The notes under the pieces are model-generated. The model saw only the letters and a list, made by a program, of their open reading frames with translations. It was not told the origin of the DNA and did no database searches. Made by a program: the position numbers and the translations under genes. A DNA stretch of 64,000 bases from Lama guanicoe (taxonomy: Eukaryota): contig MU054212.1 of NCBI GenBank assembly GCA_013239625.1, forward strand, positions 9,596,898-9,660,897, read 5' to 3'. The number at the start of each line of letters is the position of its first letter. Position 1 is the stretch's first letter. This document shows, piece by piece, positions 62,506 to 64,000 of this stretch.

Positions 62506-64000
62506 CTCTGAGTCTTTTAGTGTTTGGTTGGAACCATTTTAATTTGCATTCAAGTTTGATTACATTCTGTCTTTAAGGGTGCCCACGTGCGAGAAGAGGC
62601 ATTTGGGCCCCCCGGATGCTCATTCCTGCTTCTAAACGCTCCTTCCCCTGCTTGGGACGGATGCCTGACTCCCCACCTCCGGCAACCCACGCACTTCAGG
62701 CCCCGTCAGTGCTGCCCTTCCCTGGCCCCTCCTGCCCCGAGATGTCCCTGATCCTTGTCTCCTTGTGGCCTAAGTGGGGAGGTGGGGAGCTCCCTTCTCC
62801 ATCCTTGTAGGTTAGAAGTGGCAGATGGGGTGGGGGTATGGGACAGGGTGAGGGCAGAAGCTCTTTGTCATTTTTTATTTCGGCAAAGAGCCAGGGTCTG
62901 GGTGGGGAGGGAAGACAATAAATAAGTAAAAAGTGCTAAATAAGTAAATCGAAGCTCAAGGCAAAGGGAAAACAAGGGAACTTCTAAAACTCAGAATGGT
63001 CTTCCTTCCTCCCCCGTCATCCTCCATGCACCCTTCATTCTGCCCTGGGGACGGTGATGCTGCTTCTACTCCTCTGGGCAGCCTTGTGCCCTTCTACCAC
63101 CTACTGAGTTCAAGGTCCCTGTCAGGCCTAGTTCAAGTGCCCCCTCCTCCATGAAGTCCTCCTGGGTTCCTGCCCCAATCCCAACCTTGTCCTGACCTTC
63201 CTGCCCTCCACACCCACGCAGGCTCCCACACCACTCCGGTCCTGTGGGATGGTGGCTTCCTCACCGGGCAGGCTTGCCAGCTCTGGGGAGGGGGGCAGGA
63301 GGGTACCCAGGAGGGGAAGGAGGAGGGTAGAGAAAGATGCTCTGAGACAGCCAGAGGGGCGAGACAGCCAGCAGTGCTTATTGGACTAAACATGGTCCCG
63401 GGACAGCAAGTAATTTGGGCCTAAGTCAGCAAGTTTCACCCATAATTTCTTAAGCATCTGTCAGGCCACTGCCTCCCCACCTCCCAAGCCCTGAGAGGAG
63501 CAGCAGCTTTTAAGGGAGCCAGAGAGAAAGCCGCACTTAGCAAATGAGGGGAAGGCTTAAAAATACCACAAGGAGTCACCCTCCAGGAAGGCGAGGCCAC
63601 CCCCTCTCCTGCTGCTCCCCACACCCCTCCCCCAGCCCGGCAAAGCCCAGGAGAAGGGCTGGGCACACATGGCTGGGGTGGAGGGACGGGTAACAGTGTG
63701 TGCACGTGACACCGGGTGACACGGGGACGATGGGGGTGGTGTGCAGCTGGGATGGCCTGTATTCTTGTGCAGATGAGTGACCATGCAGTGACCAGGCCTG
63801 GCCCTGCCTGTGCCTGACTGTGTGCGGCCCTGCAGATGTGGGGCTGAGAGGTGGGGCCTGTGACAGGATGTGACAGCGCAAGTGGAGGTGACTTCATAGG
63901 TAGAGGCGACAGATGCTACCCTGTGTGTTCCCACCTGGCAGAGGGGTAGCACCGGACAGACGCCTGAGTGACACACGTCAGCATTTCCATAAGACAGATT

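Noticed and set aside
63947..63964. REST/RE1-like half sites (AGCACC GGACAG)
   Set aside because: Lacks the 2-bp spacer and the 5' TTC of the canonical RE1.
1..64000. Six-frame ORFs, including the longest (56602-57444, 280 aa; 10528-11304, 258 aa; 58746-59480, 244 aa; 55128-55820, 230 aa)
   Set aside because: Pro/Gly/Ser/Arg/Ala-rich translations overlapping on both strands, many from non-ATG starts, with no recognisable domain; expected in GC-rich mammalian DNA.
1..64000. Naming the host or target gene
   Set aside because: No exon that I recognise; any symbol would be a guess. A BLAT/liftover would settle it.

Overview
Mammalian genomic DNA, most likely a camelid (alpaca/llama/camel): three tRNA-Ala(AGC)-headed SINEs match my recollection of the camelid Vic-1 type. 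The window is GC-rich and appears essentially non-coding. None of the six-frame ORFs encodes a recognisable protein; they look like chance ORFs of GC-rich DNA. Supported content: (i) ancient repeats (MIR, L2, an L3/CR1 fragment, a MER45-like hAT, MER31-like LTR nested in another ERV1-like LTR, MER41-like, MLT1 and MLT2 LTRs), three young SINEs, microsatellites and a 61-nt assembly gap; (ii) a promoter-like element at ~5.2-5.6 kb (RFX X-box, CCAAT, GC boxes, then a strong splice donor); (iii) CpG-rich islands at ~8.2-8.9 kb and ~55.2-55.7 kb; (iv) three good CTCF motifs, two with the upstream module; (v) about 20 short AT-rich islands dense in homeodomain/POU/SOX/FOX/PBX-MEIS motifs, as expected of an enhancer array near a developmental regulator. 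I cannot name the locus, and conservation is inferred, not measured. Repeat family names come from memory of consensus sequences and need RepeatMasker/Dfam confirmation. I see no convincing new biological system. The best leads are the possibly unannotated promoter/first exon, the divergent CTCF geometry, the Sox-Oct island and a helically phased E-box array.
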